Source of the DNA: an uncultured Ruminococcus sp.
Lineage (GTDB): Bacteria; Bacillota; Clostridia; Oscillospirales; CAG-272
Length of the DNA stretch: 35,985 nt
Direction: 5' to 3'
Assembly (NCBI GenBank): GCA_964620565.1
Contig: CAZUJY010000002.1
Location: forward strand, 1 to 35,985
How positions within the stretch are numbered: position 1 is the first letter of the stretch; each line of letters opens with the position of its first letter. Below are positions 17,364-25,058 of the stretch, in pieces. Below the pieces are notes generated by a model, which did not search any database, was not told the DNA's origin, and was given only the letters and a program-made list of their open reading frames with translations. Both the position numbers and the translations under genes were made by a program.

Positions 17364-18644
17364 ATGTTAAGTAGTCTTACCAAAAGCACCTACGAGGCAA
17401 TACTACGTGCCGAGCTGCGTCCCGCTATGGGCTGTACCGAGCCTATCGCTATCGCCTATGCCTCGTCCATTCTCGCCGAGCTGCTCGGCGGTGTGCCGAA
17501 GGAGATCGACGCTCGCTTCAGCGGAAATATTATAAAGAACGTGAAGAGCGTTATCGTTCCCGCAACGGGCGGACGGCACGGAATCGAGGCGGCTGTGGCG
17601 GCAGGTCTTGTATCCGCCCGTCCCGACAAGCGACTTGAGGTTCTGACGGTGCTTTCCGCCGAGGACGGCAAAAGGATCGATGCGGTAATGAAGGGCTGTA
17701 AGATCACAGTCAACAAGCTGAATACCGGCTGCAGCTTTGAGCTTGAGCTGTACGGTGTACGTGAGGGTCATTCTGCCGCCGTCAAGATAAGCGGCGCGCA
17801 TACCAACGTAACCGAGGCAAGCCTTGACGGTAACGTACATACAGATAAATACAATCAGATCACCATAGTTGAGGAAAGCGGCGAGGAGCCCGACTATTCC
17901 CTGCTTAACGTTCAGGATATTGTCAGCTATGCCGACGAGGTGGAGCTTGACAGTGTTCGTCCCTACCTTGAAAATCAGCTTGAGCTGAATATGGCTATTG
18001 CTAAAGAGGGTCTGACGGGCGAATGGGGTGCGCAGATAGGAAAGGTTATGCTCTCAATGGGTAATGACGTTTCAAGACGTGCGAGAGCCTATGCGGCGGC
18101 AGGCTCGGATGCGAGAATGAGTGGCTGTGAAAAGCCCGTGTGTATTATTTCGGGTAGCGGAAACCAGGGCATCACCGCATCCGTTCCGGTAAAGATCTAT
18201 GCCGACGAGCTTGGCAAGAGCCATGACGAGCTGCTTCGTGCACTGCTTGTCTCCGACCTTATCACAATTCATCAGAAGACAGGCATCGGTACCCTTTCCG
18301 CATATTGCGGAGCTATCAGCGCAGGCGTTGGCGCAGGCGCAGGCATCTGCTATCTTCAGGGCGGAAGGTTCCGTGAGATCGCCCACACCCTCGTTAACTC
18401 GGTTGCCATTCTGTCGGGTACTATCTGCGACGGAGCAAAGCCCTCCTGCGCGGCAAAGATCGCTATGGCGGTTGAGGCAGGAATTATGGGCTATGAGATG
18501 TGGAAGTCGGGCAGACAGTTCCACGGCGGCGACGGCATCGTTACCAAAGGTGTTGAGAATACCATCAAGAACGTCGGCAGACTCGCCAAGGAAGGCATGA
18601 GCGACACCGACAGAGAGATTATTGAAATTATGTTAGGAATTTGA
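17364..18644 (+). CDS. UPF0597 / L-cysteine desulfidase family protein (YhaM/CdsB-like)
   Basis: The N-terminus ...ILRAELRPAMGCTEPIAIAYA... is the hallmark of this family. It is Gly/Ala-rich throughout. The RBS AGGAAGGA precedes the ATG at 17364. Confidence 0.75.
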   Translation: MLSSLTKSTYEAILRAELRPAMGCTEPIAIAYASSILAELLGGVPKEIDARFSGNIIKNVKSVIVPATGGRHGIEAAVAAGLVSARPDKRLEVLTVLSAEDGKRIDAVMKGCKITVNKLNTGCSFELELYGVREGHSAAVKISGAHTNVTEASLDGNVHTDKYNQITIVEESGEEPDYSLLNVQDIVSYADEVELDSVRPYLENQLELNMAIAKEGLTGEWGAQIGKVMLSMGNDVSRRARAYAAAGSDARMSGCEKPVCIISGSGNQGITASVPVKIYADELGKSHDELLRALLVSDLITIHQKTGIGTLSAYCGAISAGVGAGAGICYLQGGRFREIAHTLVNSVAILSGTICDGAKPSCAAKIAMAVEAGIMGYEMWKSGRQFHGGDGIVTKGVENTIKNVGRLAKEGMSDTDREIIEIMLGI

Positions 18645-18725
18645 TTTCAGCAGAGCTGGAATCAAACTTACTTAATTTATCTGTGACAAATTAAACTTCA
18701 CTCGGGCAACGCCCGAACTTCACTG

Positions 18726-18758
18726 AAAGGACGCAAACAATGCGTCCTTTGTTTTTTT
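18726..18758 (+). terminator. Intrinsic terminator
   Basis: AAAGGACGCA-AACAA-TGCGTCCTTT followed by GTTTTTTT. Confidence 0.85.
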
Positions 18759-18768
18759 CAGAAAACTA

Positions 18769-18797
18769 TTGCAAAATTTCTCTCACCGTGCTATAAT
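18769..18797 (+). promoter_or_regulatory. Near-consensus sigma-A promoter driving the structured RNA / small ORF unit
   Basis: TTGCAA (18769-18774), exactly 17 nt of spacer, TATAAT (18792-18797). Confidence 0.65.
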
Positions 18798-18801
18798 TAA
18801 A

Positions 18802-18968
18802 TTGTCACACGAACTAAATAATCGGCATGTTAGGGGTATTTTCTATTTTTAGGGGATATTATACCCTTTTTTGAGCATATCTAAACTAAATGAGTTTGGT
18901 AAAAATGCAAACTCCTCCACTAGTTTAGGTATGTGATAATATCCCGTTCCGATTAGTTTGTGTGACAA
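18802..18968 (+). ncRNA. Candidate structured RNA (long irregular hairpin of four nested helices; 6S-like architecture or a cis-acting leader)
   Basis: Four nested complementarities read by eye. 18802-18825 pairs with 18949-18968 (20 bp, 4-nt bulge). 18853-18862 pairs with 18936-18945 (10 bp). 18881-18888 pairs with 18921-18928 (8 bp). 18892-18898 pairs with 18908-18914 (7 bp, apical). It starts about 5 nt after the -10 box and has no convincing coding potential. Confidence 0.45.
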
Positions 18969-18989
18969 CAATCGGAGTTTGCGTTTTTC

Positions 18990-19028
18990 GGTGTGTTGAC
19001 TTCGGTTGGCACACCTTTTTGATTTTTT
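18990..19028 (+). terminator. Intrinsic terminator / attenuator with UUCG tetraloop
   Basis: GGTGTGTTGAC-TTCG-GTTGGCACACC (6 Watson-Crick pairs plus wobble-extended pairs) followed by TTTTTGATTTTTT. It lies immediately before the RBS of the 19042 ORF. Confidence 0.7.
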
Positions 19029-19041
19029 CAGGAGAGATAGG

Positions 19042-19278
19042 ATGACCGAGTTTAATCTAGATGAGCTGTACGGGGAAATGAATTCCTATACTCAGCAGAT
19101 TAAAAACTTGCAGGAAGGAATACTTGCATTTTCAAAAATGATAGACGAAGGCAAAGAATACGGGGAAAAGACGGAGAGCCTTAAAAAGACAAAAGAAAAG
19201 CTTGAAAAAGAGCTTTCGCTAACGCTATTCAAACGTGCTCTTACAGAAGGTCAAATATACAGAGAAAAAAGTAAATAA
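19042..19278 (+). CDS. Small (78 aa) Lys/Glu-rich predicted coiled-coil protein
   Basis: ATG at 19042 lies 6 nt after GGAGAGATAGG. The sequence is MTEFNLDELYGEMNSYTQQIKNLQEG...KKTKEKLEKELS.... No family recognised. Confidence 0.5.
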   Translation: MTEFNLDELYGEMNSYTQQIKNLQEGILAFSKMIDEGKEYGEKTESLKKTKEKLEKELSLTLFKRALTEGQIYREKSK

Positions 19279-19285
19279 GGACAAC

Positions 19286-19319
19286 AAAAACCGCAAAGCG
19301 AGATGCTTTGCGGTTTTTT
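19286..19319. terminator. Bidirectional intrinsic terminator shared with mgtE
   Basis: AAAAACCGCAAAGC-GAGAT-GCTTTGCGGTTTTTT. Confidence 0.85.
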
Positions 19320-19329
19320 ATTCGGTTTG

Positions 19330-20733
19330 TTAAATCTTCAGAATGCTGGATGCTACCAGGATATAGACCATAAGGGATATGGCGTCTACAAGGGTGGTGA
19401 TAAGGGGGGATGCCATTACCGCAGGGTCAAGGCCGATCTTCTTCGCCAGGATGGGCAGGGTTGCGCCGATGATCTTGGCAAGAATTATGGTTGCGGTAAG
19501 CGACAGCGATACCGTCAGGGCTACAAGGAGAGTTACGTCGGAATTACCGAGAAGAAGGCCGTCGATAAGCACAACCTTGGCAAAGGTTGCGACACCAACG
19601 GTAATCGCGCAGAGAACGCCTACACGCAGCTCCTTCCATATTACACGGAAGATGTCCGAGAACTCCACCTCGGAGAGTGATATGCTACGTGTAACGGTAA
19701 CCGAGGACTGACCGCCCGAGTTACCGCCCGTACCCATTATCATAGGGATAAAGAGCACGAGAACGGCAGAGAGCCTTGCCTCAAAGCTGCCGAGAATTGC
19801 ACTGGAGAGTGTAGATGAAAGCATCAGTATAAGGAGCCAAGGAATTCTTGACTTCCAGATATCGAACACGTTGGTTTTAAGATAGGGGGTATCGGACGCG
19901 GAGGTGATCGCAGCCATCTTAGCGAAGTCCTCCTCCGACTCCTCGATAATGACCTCAAGAGCATCGTCTACGGTGACGATACCCACAAGGCGGGACTCGC
20001 TGTCAACGACGGGAATTGCAAGGAAGCCGTACTTATCCAGCTTCATAGCAACATCCTCCTTGTCGTCGTGGGTGTGAACGGCAATAACGTTCTCATCCAT
20101 TATGTCCGAGAGGCAGGTGTCGGGATCCGAGATAAGCAGATCCTTTGCGGTTACGATACCCTGCAGGCGCTTATCCTTTCCCGTAATATAACAGGTGTAG
20201 ATGGTTTCCTTATCAATAGCAACACGGCGGATGTGAAGGAGCGCATCGGCAACCGTCATATCGCCGGTAAATCTCACGTACTCGGTGGTCATAACCGTTC
20301 CCGCAGAGTCCTTGGGATAGCGGAGAATCTTATTGATTATCTCACGGTCCTCGTGATCTGAGTTCTTAAGAATTCGCTTTACCACGTTGGCAGGCATCTC
20401 CTCAATAATATCAACCGTATCGTCGATATAAAGCTCGTCAAGAATGTCCGACAGCTCTCGGTCGGAGAACTTTAGGATAAGGTTCTCCTGCAGGTCGGAA
20501 TCCATCTCAACGAAGGTCTCCGCCGCCAGCTCCTTTGAGAGCAGTCTGAAGAGTATGCTGTGATGCTTTTCGTCGATCTCCGAGAACAGCTCCGCAAGGT
20601 CGGGCGCAGGCAGATCCTGCACGTTGCGCTTTACCTCTGCGTACTTCTTCTGCTCCAAAAGATCTGTCAGTCTTTCCGAGGGGATTATCTCGTCCTCGTC
20701 GAAAAGACCAACGTTAATGTTCATTTCTTCCAT
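19330..20733 (-). CDS. mgtE: Magnesium transporter MgtE
   Basis: 467 aa. The N-terminal domain reads ...APDLAELFSEIDEKHHSILFRLLSKELAAETFVEMD.... Tandem CBS domains follow, then 5 C-terminal TM helices containing GTGGNSGGQS. Confidence 0.9.
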   Translation of the reverse strand: MEEMNINVGLFDEDEIIPSERLTDLLEQKKYAEVKRNVQDLPAPDLAELFSEIDEKHHSILFRLLSKELAAETFVEMDSDLQENLILKFSDRELSDILDELYIDDTVDIIEEMPANVVKRILKNSDHEDREIINKILRYPKDSAGTVMTTEYVRFTGDMTVADALLHIRRVAIDKETIYTCYITGKDKRLQGIVTAKDLLISDPDTCLSDIMDENVIAVHTHDDKEDVAMKLDKYGFLAIPVVDSESRLVGIVTVDDALEVIIEESEEDFAKMAAITSASDTPYLKTNVFDIWKSRIPWLLILMLSSTLSSAILGSFEARLSAVLVLFIPMIMGTGGNSGGQSSVTVTRSISLSEVEFSDIFRVIWKELRVGVLCAITVGVATFAKVVLIDGLLLGNSDVTLLVALTVSLSLTATIILAKIIGATLPILAKKIGLDPAVMASPLITTLVDAISLMVYILVASSILKI

Positions 20734-20910
20734 TTTCGGCCTCCTTTCGACTTAAAAAGCCCGGGTGCCGTTATACAGAAATGCGCCCGAAAATGCTTTT
20801 TTCGTCAAATATTATTTTGCTTAAATAATTACACGGGTAAGGTGTACTTCGTCCGTCCGACATATCGGGCTCCTTTCTTTATATTTTGTATTTGCTACTT
20901 TCTTTAATTT
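20734..20910 (-). promoter_or_regulatory. mgtE 5' leader (~175 nt) with terminator-like hairpin; riboswitch/attenuator candidate
   Basis: On the minus-strand RNA: UCGGGCGC (20800-20793) ... GGCACCCGG (20779-20771, one C/A mismatch) followed by GCUUUUUAAG, then AAAGGAGG and the ATG. An upstream GCCCGA (about 20880-20875) can pair with the UCGGGC arm instead. An AU hairpin AUUAUUU-AAGC-AAAUAAU is also present. Confidence 0.4.
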
Positions 20911-20916
20911 TACTCC

Positions 20917-20945
20917 TTAGGAAGCGATTTGTCAAGAGTATTTTT
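20917..20945 (-). promoter_or_regulatory. Sigma-A-type promoter for mgtE
   Basis: On the minus strand: TTGACA (20945-20940), 17-nt spacer, TAAAAT (20922-20917). It overlaps the 3' end of the DUF523 gene. Confidence 0.55.
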
Positions 20946-21381
20946 CAATAAGCAGATCAATTTCATCCTCGGTGTAAACATCGATGCCCTGCTCTATCAA
21001 AAGCTCTGCCGCAACGCCGTGTCCGTCGGTAAGAGTGCCGCTGAAGGTACCGTCGTGGATCCTGCCCTTGCCGCAGGATGGACTGCGTGCCTTAAGAAGC
21101 GCTGCGACGCAGGAAAAGTCCCTTGCTCGCTGAAGCGCCGCCTCGGCTCCTGCGCGAAAATTAGCCGTAACGTCCTTGCCGTCACGCATAAGAACCCTGT
21201 CGCCCACTCGCTCGCTGGCGGTACGGGGTGTGGGAAGTCCGCCGTCCACCTCGGGACAGATGGGAACAAGAATAAATTTTTCACGGAGCGCCGTAACGGC
21301 AGAATTAGGCTTGCTCTCGCCGTCAAATCGACAGTAAACTCCAAGCAGACAGGCGCTGACAAGTAGGGTTGGCTTTTTCAT
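20932..21381 (-). CDS. DUF523 (YbbK/TudS-like, putative [4Fe-4S] thiouracil desulfidase family) protein
   Basis: LVSACLLGVYCRFDG...PICPEV.GGLPTPR...KARSPSCG are the DUF523 Cys motifs as I recall them. The start lies 9 nt after the murC stop. Confidence 0.7.
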   Translation of the reverse strand: MKKPTLLVSACLLGVYCRFDGESKPNSAVTALREKFILVPICPEVDGGLPTPRTASERVGDRVLMRDGKDVTANFRAGAEAALQRARDFSCVAALLKARSPSCGKGRIHDGTFSGTLTDGHGVAAELLIEQGIDVYTEDEIDLLIEKYS

Positions 21382-21390
21382 ATTTTTCTC

Positions 21391-22779
21391 CTAACTTCCT
21401 TTAAGTATTCTTTTTCTTATATTTTCAAGATCCCCGGCACCCATAAGGACTATGGTCCCCTCGGTGTGCAGGTCTATATATTCTATGATCTCCCCGTCGG
21501 TGCAAAAGCGAGCCGAGGATCCTATCGCCCTCGCAAGAGTCTCGGAGGTAATACCCTCGATAGGCTCCTCTCTCGCAGGGTAGATCTCGGATAGCACAAG
21601 GCTGTCTGCCATTGACAGCGAGGAGATAAAATCTCTCCAGAGCGCCTGGGTGCGTGAGAAGGTGTGGGGCTTGAAGATAACCGTAATCGGCCGCCTCGTG
21701 TGAAGCCGCAGAGCGTTGATAGACGCCTCGATCTCGGTGGGATGGTGTGCGTAATCGTAATAAACAGGTCTGCCAAAGCGTGTTCCGATATGCTCAAGCC
21801 TTCTCGGAATGCCCGAAAAGGACGCAACGGCATCTCTGATAATCTCTATATCCACACCGCTCTCAATGGCAGTGACAATGGCGGCGGTGGCGTTGCTAAC
21901 ATTAAAGCTGCCCGGGATGTTGAGCGTAAATTCACCTATCCCGCTTCCAAAGCGGCAGAGCGCAAAGCGATAGCCCGCCTCCTCAAAGGATGTGATCGAA
22001 TAGCGATAGTCGTTCTGCTCTCCCGAGCCGAAGGTGACTCTGCGACAGCGAGCGCTGTCCTTAATCTCCGCAAGATTCGGGTCGTCGCCGTTAATAACGG
22101 CAAGTCGGCTGACCCCGCCAAGAGATGCGGCAAAGGAGCGCTTCAGGGCGTCGATATTTTCAAAATAGTCGGTGTGATCCAGCTCTAAATTAAGATAGAC
22201 CGAGGCGGTGGGCGAAAAATCCAGGAAGGAGTCACGGTACTCGCATGCCTCGTAGATCAGAAGCTCCCTGCCGCCAAGTCGCATAGGCTCGCCTATGGGA
22301 AGCTCTGCCCCCGAAAGGGTGGTGGGATCAGCCCCTGCCCTGCTGAAAATAGAATCAAGGAGCGCAGTTGTACTGCTTTTACCGTGAGAGCCCGACACAC
22401 CTATTCTCCGTGAATAGCTAAGCATCAGCATTCCAAGATATTCCGAGCGGCTGATAAGGTTGATACCCCGCCTGTCAGCTTCCATTCGCTCGGAATTGCC
22501 CTTATCTATCGCCTGGGAGTAGACCACAAGATCTGCGCCCACGACCCACTCTGCCGAGTGGCCGATATGTACCAGGACGCCTAAAAGAGAGAGCTCACGG
22601 AGTCTATCAGAATCCTCTCGGTCACTGCCGCTGACACGGACGCCAAGCTTCAGGGTCAGCCGTGCAAGAGAGTACATTGATACTCCGCCAATGCCGATAA
22701 AATGAATACGGCCGCACGCCCCTCCGAAGGATCTGAAAAGGGCGCTGTAGCTATCGCATAATTCGGGTCTTTTTTTCAT
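21391..22779 (-). CDS. murC: UDP-N-acetylmuramate--L-alanine ligase
   Basis: IHFIGIGGVSMYSLARL (Rossmann N-domain), the P-loop GVSGSHGKSSTTALL, and Mur ligase middle and C-terminal domains. 462 aa. Confidence 0.9.
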   Translation of the reverse strand: MKKRPELCDSYSALFRSFGGACGRIHFIGIGGVSMYSLARLTLKLGVRVSGSDREDSDRLRELSLLGVLVHIGHSAEWVVGADLVVYSQAIDKGNSERMEADRRGINLISRSEYLGMLMLSYSRRIGVSGSHGKSSTTALLDSIFSRAGADPTTLSGAELPIGEPMRLGGRELLIYEACEYRDSFLDFSPTASVYLNLELDHTDYFENIDALKRSFAASLGGVSRLAVINGDDPNLAEIKDSARCRRVTFGSGEQNDYRYSITSFEEAGYRFALCRFGSGIGEFTLNIPGSFNVSNATAAIVTAIESGVDIEIIRDAVASFSGIPRRLEHIGTRFGRPVYYDYAHHPTEIEASINALRLHTRRPITVIFKPHTFSRTQALWRDFISSLSMADSLVLSEIYPAREEPIEGITSETLARAIGSSARFCTDGEIIEYIDLHTEGTIVLMGAGDLENIRKRILKGS

Positions 22780-22890
22780 AAAATCCCTTCCCTAATAGGT
22801 TTTTCTTAAAATACGGCTAAATGTTAATAAAATATAACAATTCGTTCAAAAAAATATAATTTTTTGATTGAATAATTTTAACATTCATAC

Positions 22891-22898
22891 TGTATAAT
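22891..22898 (+). promoter_or_regulatory. Extended -10 element upstream of spoVG
   Basis: TGTATAAT. There is no good -35 at 17-nt spacing. Confidence 0.35.
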
Positions 22899-22989
22899 AT
22901 TACCATAGTATTCGAGAAGTTGAAAATTTGTCCCGACTTCGTCAGCTATTCTCAAAACAATTATTCAACACAGGAAGGATTTTATAGTT

Positions 22990-23292
22990 ATGCAGGTAAC
23001 GGATATCAAGATCAGAAAGTTTTTTGACGAGGGTCCTATGAAGGCTATCGTGTCGGTAACCTTTGACGACTGCCTCGCTGTTCACGACATTAAGGTAATC
23101 TATGCGCGTGAGAGATATTTTATCGTAATGCCCTCGAGAAAGAACCCCGACGGCAGCTACCGTGACATAGTGCATCCCATCAACGCCGATTTCAGAGCAA
23201 ATCTTGAGGAGGCGGTGATCGACGCATATCACGTTCAGCTGGTTGCCGCAGAGTGCGACGCAGAGGTTGACGAGGACGCTGTGGTTATTTAA
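22990..23292 (+). CDS. spoVG: Septation/regulatory protein SpoVG
   Basis: MQVTDIKIRKF..EGPMKAIVSVTFDDCLAVHDIKVI......FIVMPSRK..DG.YRDIVHPIN...R. The N-terminus is unmistakably SpoVG. Confidence 0.93.
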   Translation: MQVTDIKIRKFFDEGPMKAIVSVTFDDCLAVHDIKVIYARERYFIVMPSRKNPDGSYRDIVHPINADFRANLEEAVIDAYHVQLVAAECDAEVDEDAVVI

Positions 23293-23384
23293 ATTCAAAA
23301 TTAGAAATTCGAAATTCGAAATTATTTATAGCTCGTAGTTATTTAAATTCGAAATTGGAAATTCGGAATTCGAAATTGTTTATT
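23281..23384 (+). repeat. Tandem direct duplication (2 x 50 nt, period 54 nt), each copy containing five AAATTNN heptamers
   Basis: Copy A (23281-23330) and copy B (23335-23384) share 44 of 50 positions. Five of the six differences are A/G transitions. Copy A includes the last spoVG codons and the stop (GTGGTTATTTAA); copy B starts GTAGTTATTTAA. Heptamers in A are AAATTCA AAATTAG AAATTCG AAATTCG AAATTAT. Heptamers in B are AAATTCG AAATTGG AAATTCG GAATTCG AAATTGT. Confidence 0.9.
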
Positions 23385-23393
23385 ACTTTATTA

Positions 23394-23422
23394 AGAGACT
23401 GCTACGGCGGTCTCTTTTTTTT
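23394..23422 (+). terminator. Intrinsic terminator of spoVG
   Basis: AGAGACTGC-TACG-GCGGTCTCT (one mismatch) followed by T8. Confidence 0.75.
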
Positions 23423-23460
23423 ATAAAATAAAAGAAGTGCGCCGTGGCAAGCTCTCCTTC

Positions 23461-23497
23461 AAAAAAATACAGGGGACGGTCAAAGCCTGCCGTCCCC
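23461..23497 (-). terminator. Intrinsic terminator of the coiled-coil gene
   Basis: On the minus strand: GGGGACGG-CAGGCTTTGA-CCGTCCCC followed by TGTATTTTTTT. Confidence 0.8.
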
Positions 23498-23518
23498 ATC
23501 GTGTTTATAATATGTAAT

Positions 23519-24997
23519 TTATGCGTTCTCTGCAGGTTCTTCAGCCTTGGGCTCCTCAGCCTTAGACTTCTTCTCTGCGAGAGTCTTCTGTCTCTCAACC
23601 ATATTCTTCTGGTCACGAAGCATCTGTCTCTGTGCAACAAGAGTTTCCTTCTGAAGCGCAAGAGCAGCGGTCTGCTTCTCAAGAGTATCGTTCTGAGTAT
23701 CAAGGTTCTTCGCATTGCCTGCGTTGATAGCCTGCTGTGCGGAGATAACCTCCTTCTGAGTAGCGATAGCAGCCTTAAGCGCCTCGTCGATGGCAGCCTG
23801 GTTCTCAGCAACAAGACGCTGCGCCTCAACCATTGCCTGCTGACCCTCAACAAGTGCCTGCTGGCTCTCAAGAAGACCCTTCTGCTGCTCGGCAAGAGCC
23901 TCCTGCTCCTGATTAACAACAGCCTGATCCTGATTAATAACTCTCTGGCTGACCTGAACGCCCTTCTGCTCACGGGAGGTCTGACGCTGCATATCGTTGG
24001 TCTGCTTCATCATATCGTTAGCAGCGCTCTGCTTAGCGGCGATCTCTGCGCAACGTGCGCCAAGAGCCTCAACGGTCTCGGAAAGAGCCTTAAGAGTCTC
24101 CATAACAGCGGTAAGCTTATCGATAAGAGCCTGCTCATCTTCAACGATCGCACCCTCGAGAGTAGCGATCTCACCGGATGCAACAGAAACACCTGCTGCG
24201 GGAGCAGCGTTTACAGGAATGTTAACAGGATGCTCGTTTACAAACTTCTCAATTCTCTTGTCGAAGGCAGCAACGAACTTCTGCATAGTTGCCTCAAGTG
24301 CCTTCTCAAGCATAGGAGATACGTCGATGGAAACGGGAGCGATATTAGGCGCTGCCTGCTCCTTAGGCTCGGGCGCGGGCTGCTGGGGGGGATAGGTATA
24401 AGGCATAGGCATAGGTACGGGAATGTACTGAGGATACTGATATGCAGGGGGTGCATACGCAGGAGCTGCCTGCTGGGGTGCCTGTGCGGGATTGGGTGTG
24501 CCGTTTGCTACGGGAATCTCGGGAATTGCCATGGGTGTTACTTCCTCCTCTTCATTGGACTCATAATATCCGTCCGTTTCTGTATCTGCTTGAATATCAA
24601 TCATACGGTTTAATACCGTTGCGTTGTACTTCTCAAACGCATCCATCACCTTACCGGATTTTCTGCCGGTGTAAACGGCTGCGATCTGTGAATATCCGTC
24701 CTTTACGGTCTCAAGAAGCTGCTTGATCTGTGCCTCGCTCTCTCCAAAGGAATTGAGCGCTGCGGCAAGCTCATCGTTTGCATCGTCAAGCTTGCTTGCA
24801 TTCTTGGCAGACTCACGCTTCTCGTAAGCGGCCTGCGCAAGCTCCACACGACGCTTAGCCTTTTTAACATCCTTACCCACAGACTTGTAGTAGTTAAGCT
24901 CGTCGGATACACGCTTTTTATCTTCGTTCAGGCCTTCACGTAACGCAGCGGCCTGTTCTCTTTTTTCTCCATCGAATGCTTCGAGGAAATCGCGCAT
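23519..24997 (-). CDS. Hypothetical 492-aa protein: helical N-domain, Pro/Gln/Tyr/Ala-rich linker, long Gln-rich coiled coil, acidic tail
   Basis: It has its own promoter and terminator and a sensible composition. Both competing ORFs (23444..24613 on + and 23383..23973 on -) are low-complexity Leu/Arg/Ser shadows. No signal peptide or TM segment. No family recognised. Confidence 0.7.
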   Translation of the reverse strand: MRDFLEAFDGEKREQAAALREGLNEDKKRVSDELNYYKSVGKDVKKAKRRVELAQAAYEKRESAKNASKLDDANDELAAALNSFGESEAQIKQLLETVKDGYSQIAAVYTGRKSGKVMDAFEKYNATVLNRMIDIQADTETDGYYESNEEEEVTPMAIPEIPVANGTPNPAQAPQQAAPAYAPPAYQYPQYIPVPMPMPYTYPPQQPAPEPKEQAAPNIAPVSIDVSPMLEKALEATMQKFVAAFDKRIEKFVNEHPVNIPVNAAPAAGVSVASGEIATLEGAIVEDEQALIDKLTAVMETLKALSETVEALGARCAEIAAKQSAANDMMKQTNDMQRQTSREQKGVQVSQRVINQDQAVVNQEQEALAEQQKGLLESQQALVEGQQAMVEAQRLVAENQAAIDEALKAAIATQKEVISAQQAINAGNAKNLDTQNDTLEKQTAALALQKETLVAQRQMLRDQKNMVERQKTLAEKKSKAEEPKAEEPAENA

Positions 24998-25058
24998 AGG
25001 TCCATACCTCTCTTCTCCGCATAGGCGGAATTAGTTATACTAACAGTATTATACGTTA

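Noticed and set aside
18827-18937. 36-codon ORF (MLGVFSIFRGYYTLFLSISKLNEFGKNANSSTSLGM) inside the structured RNA, as a possible type I toxin
   Set aside because: No Shine-Dalgarno sequence precedes the ATG. The hydrophobic stretch is short and interrupted. The ORF spans the helices that define the RNA fold. It cannot be fully excluded without ribosome profiling.
18802-18968. The 20-bp terminal complementarity as the inverted repeats of a MITE-like mobile element
   Set aside because: No target-site duplication flanks the arms (…TTAAA| versus |CAATCGG). The interior has further nested helices, and the element is precisely framed by a promoter and a terminator. This fits a transcribed RNA better. 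A genome-wide copy search would settle the question.
20734-20910. Calling the mgtE leader an M-box riboswitch
   Set aside because: I expected an M-box from gene context, but I could not find its conserved core sequences by eye on the minus strand. It is therefore reported only as an unclassified leader pending a covariance-model search.
23291-23379. Heptamer arrays as a CRISPR array or transposon end
   Set aside because: The repeat unit is only 7 nt and has no spacers. There are no cas genes, transposase genes or terminal inverted repeats. I kept it as a finding, but as a tandem repeat.
23383-24613. ORFs 23444..24613 (+, 389 aa) and 23383..23973 (-, 196 aa, alternate frame) overlapping the coiled-coil gene
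   Set aside because: Both translate to monotonous Leu/Ser/Arg/Cys low-complexity strings. These arise from the 21-nt periodic CTG/CAG-rich coding repeat. Only the 23519..24997 minus frame has a promoter, RBS, terminator and protein-like composition.
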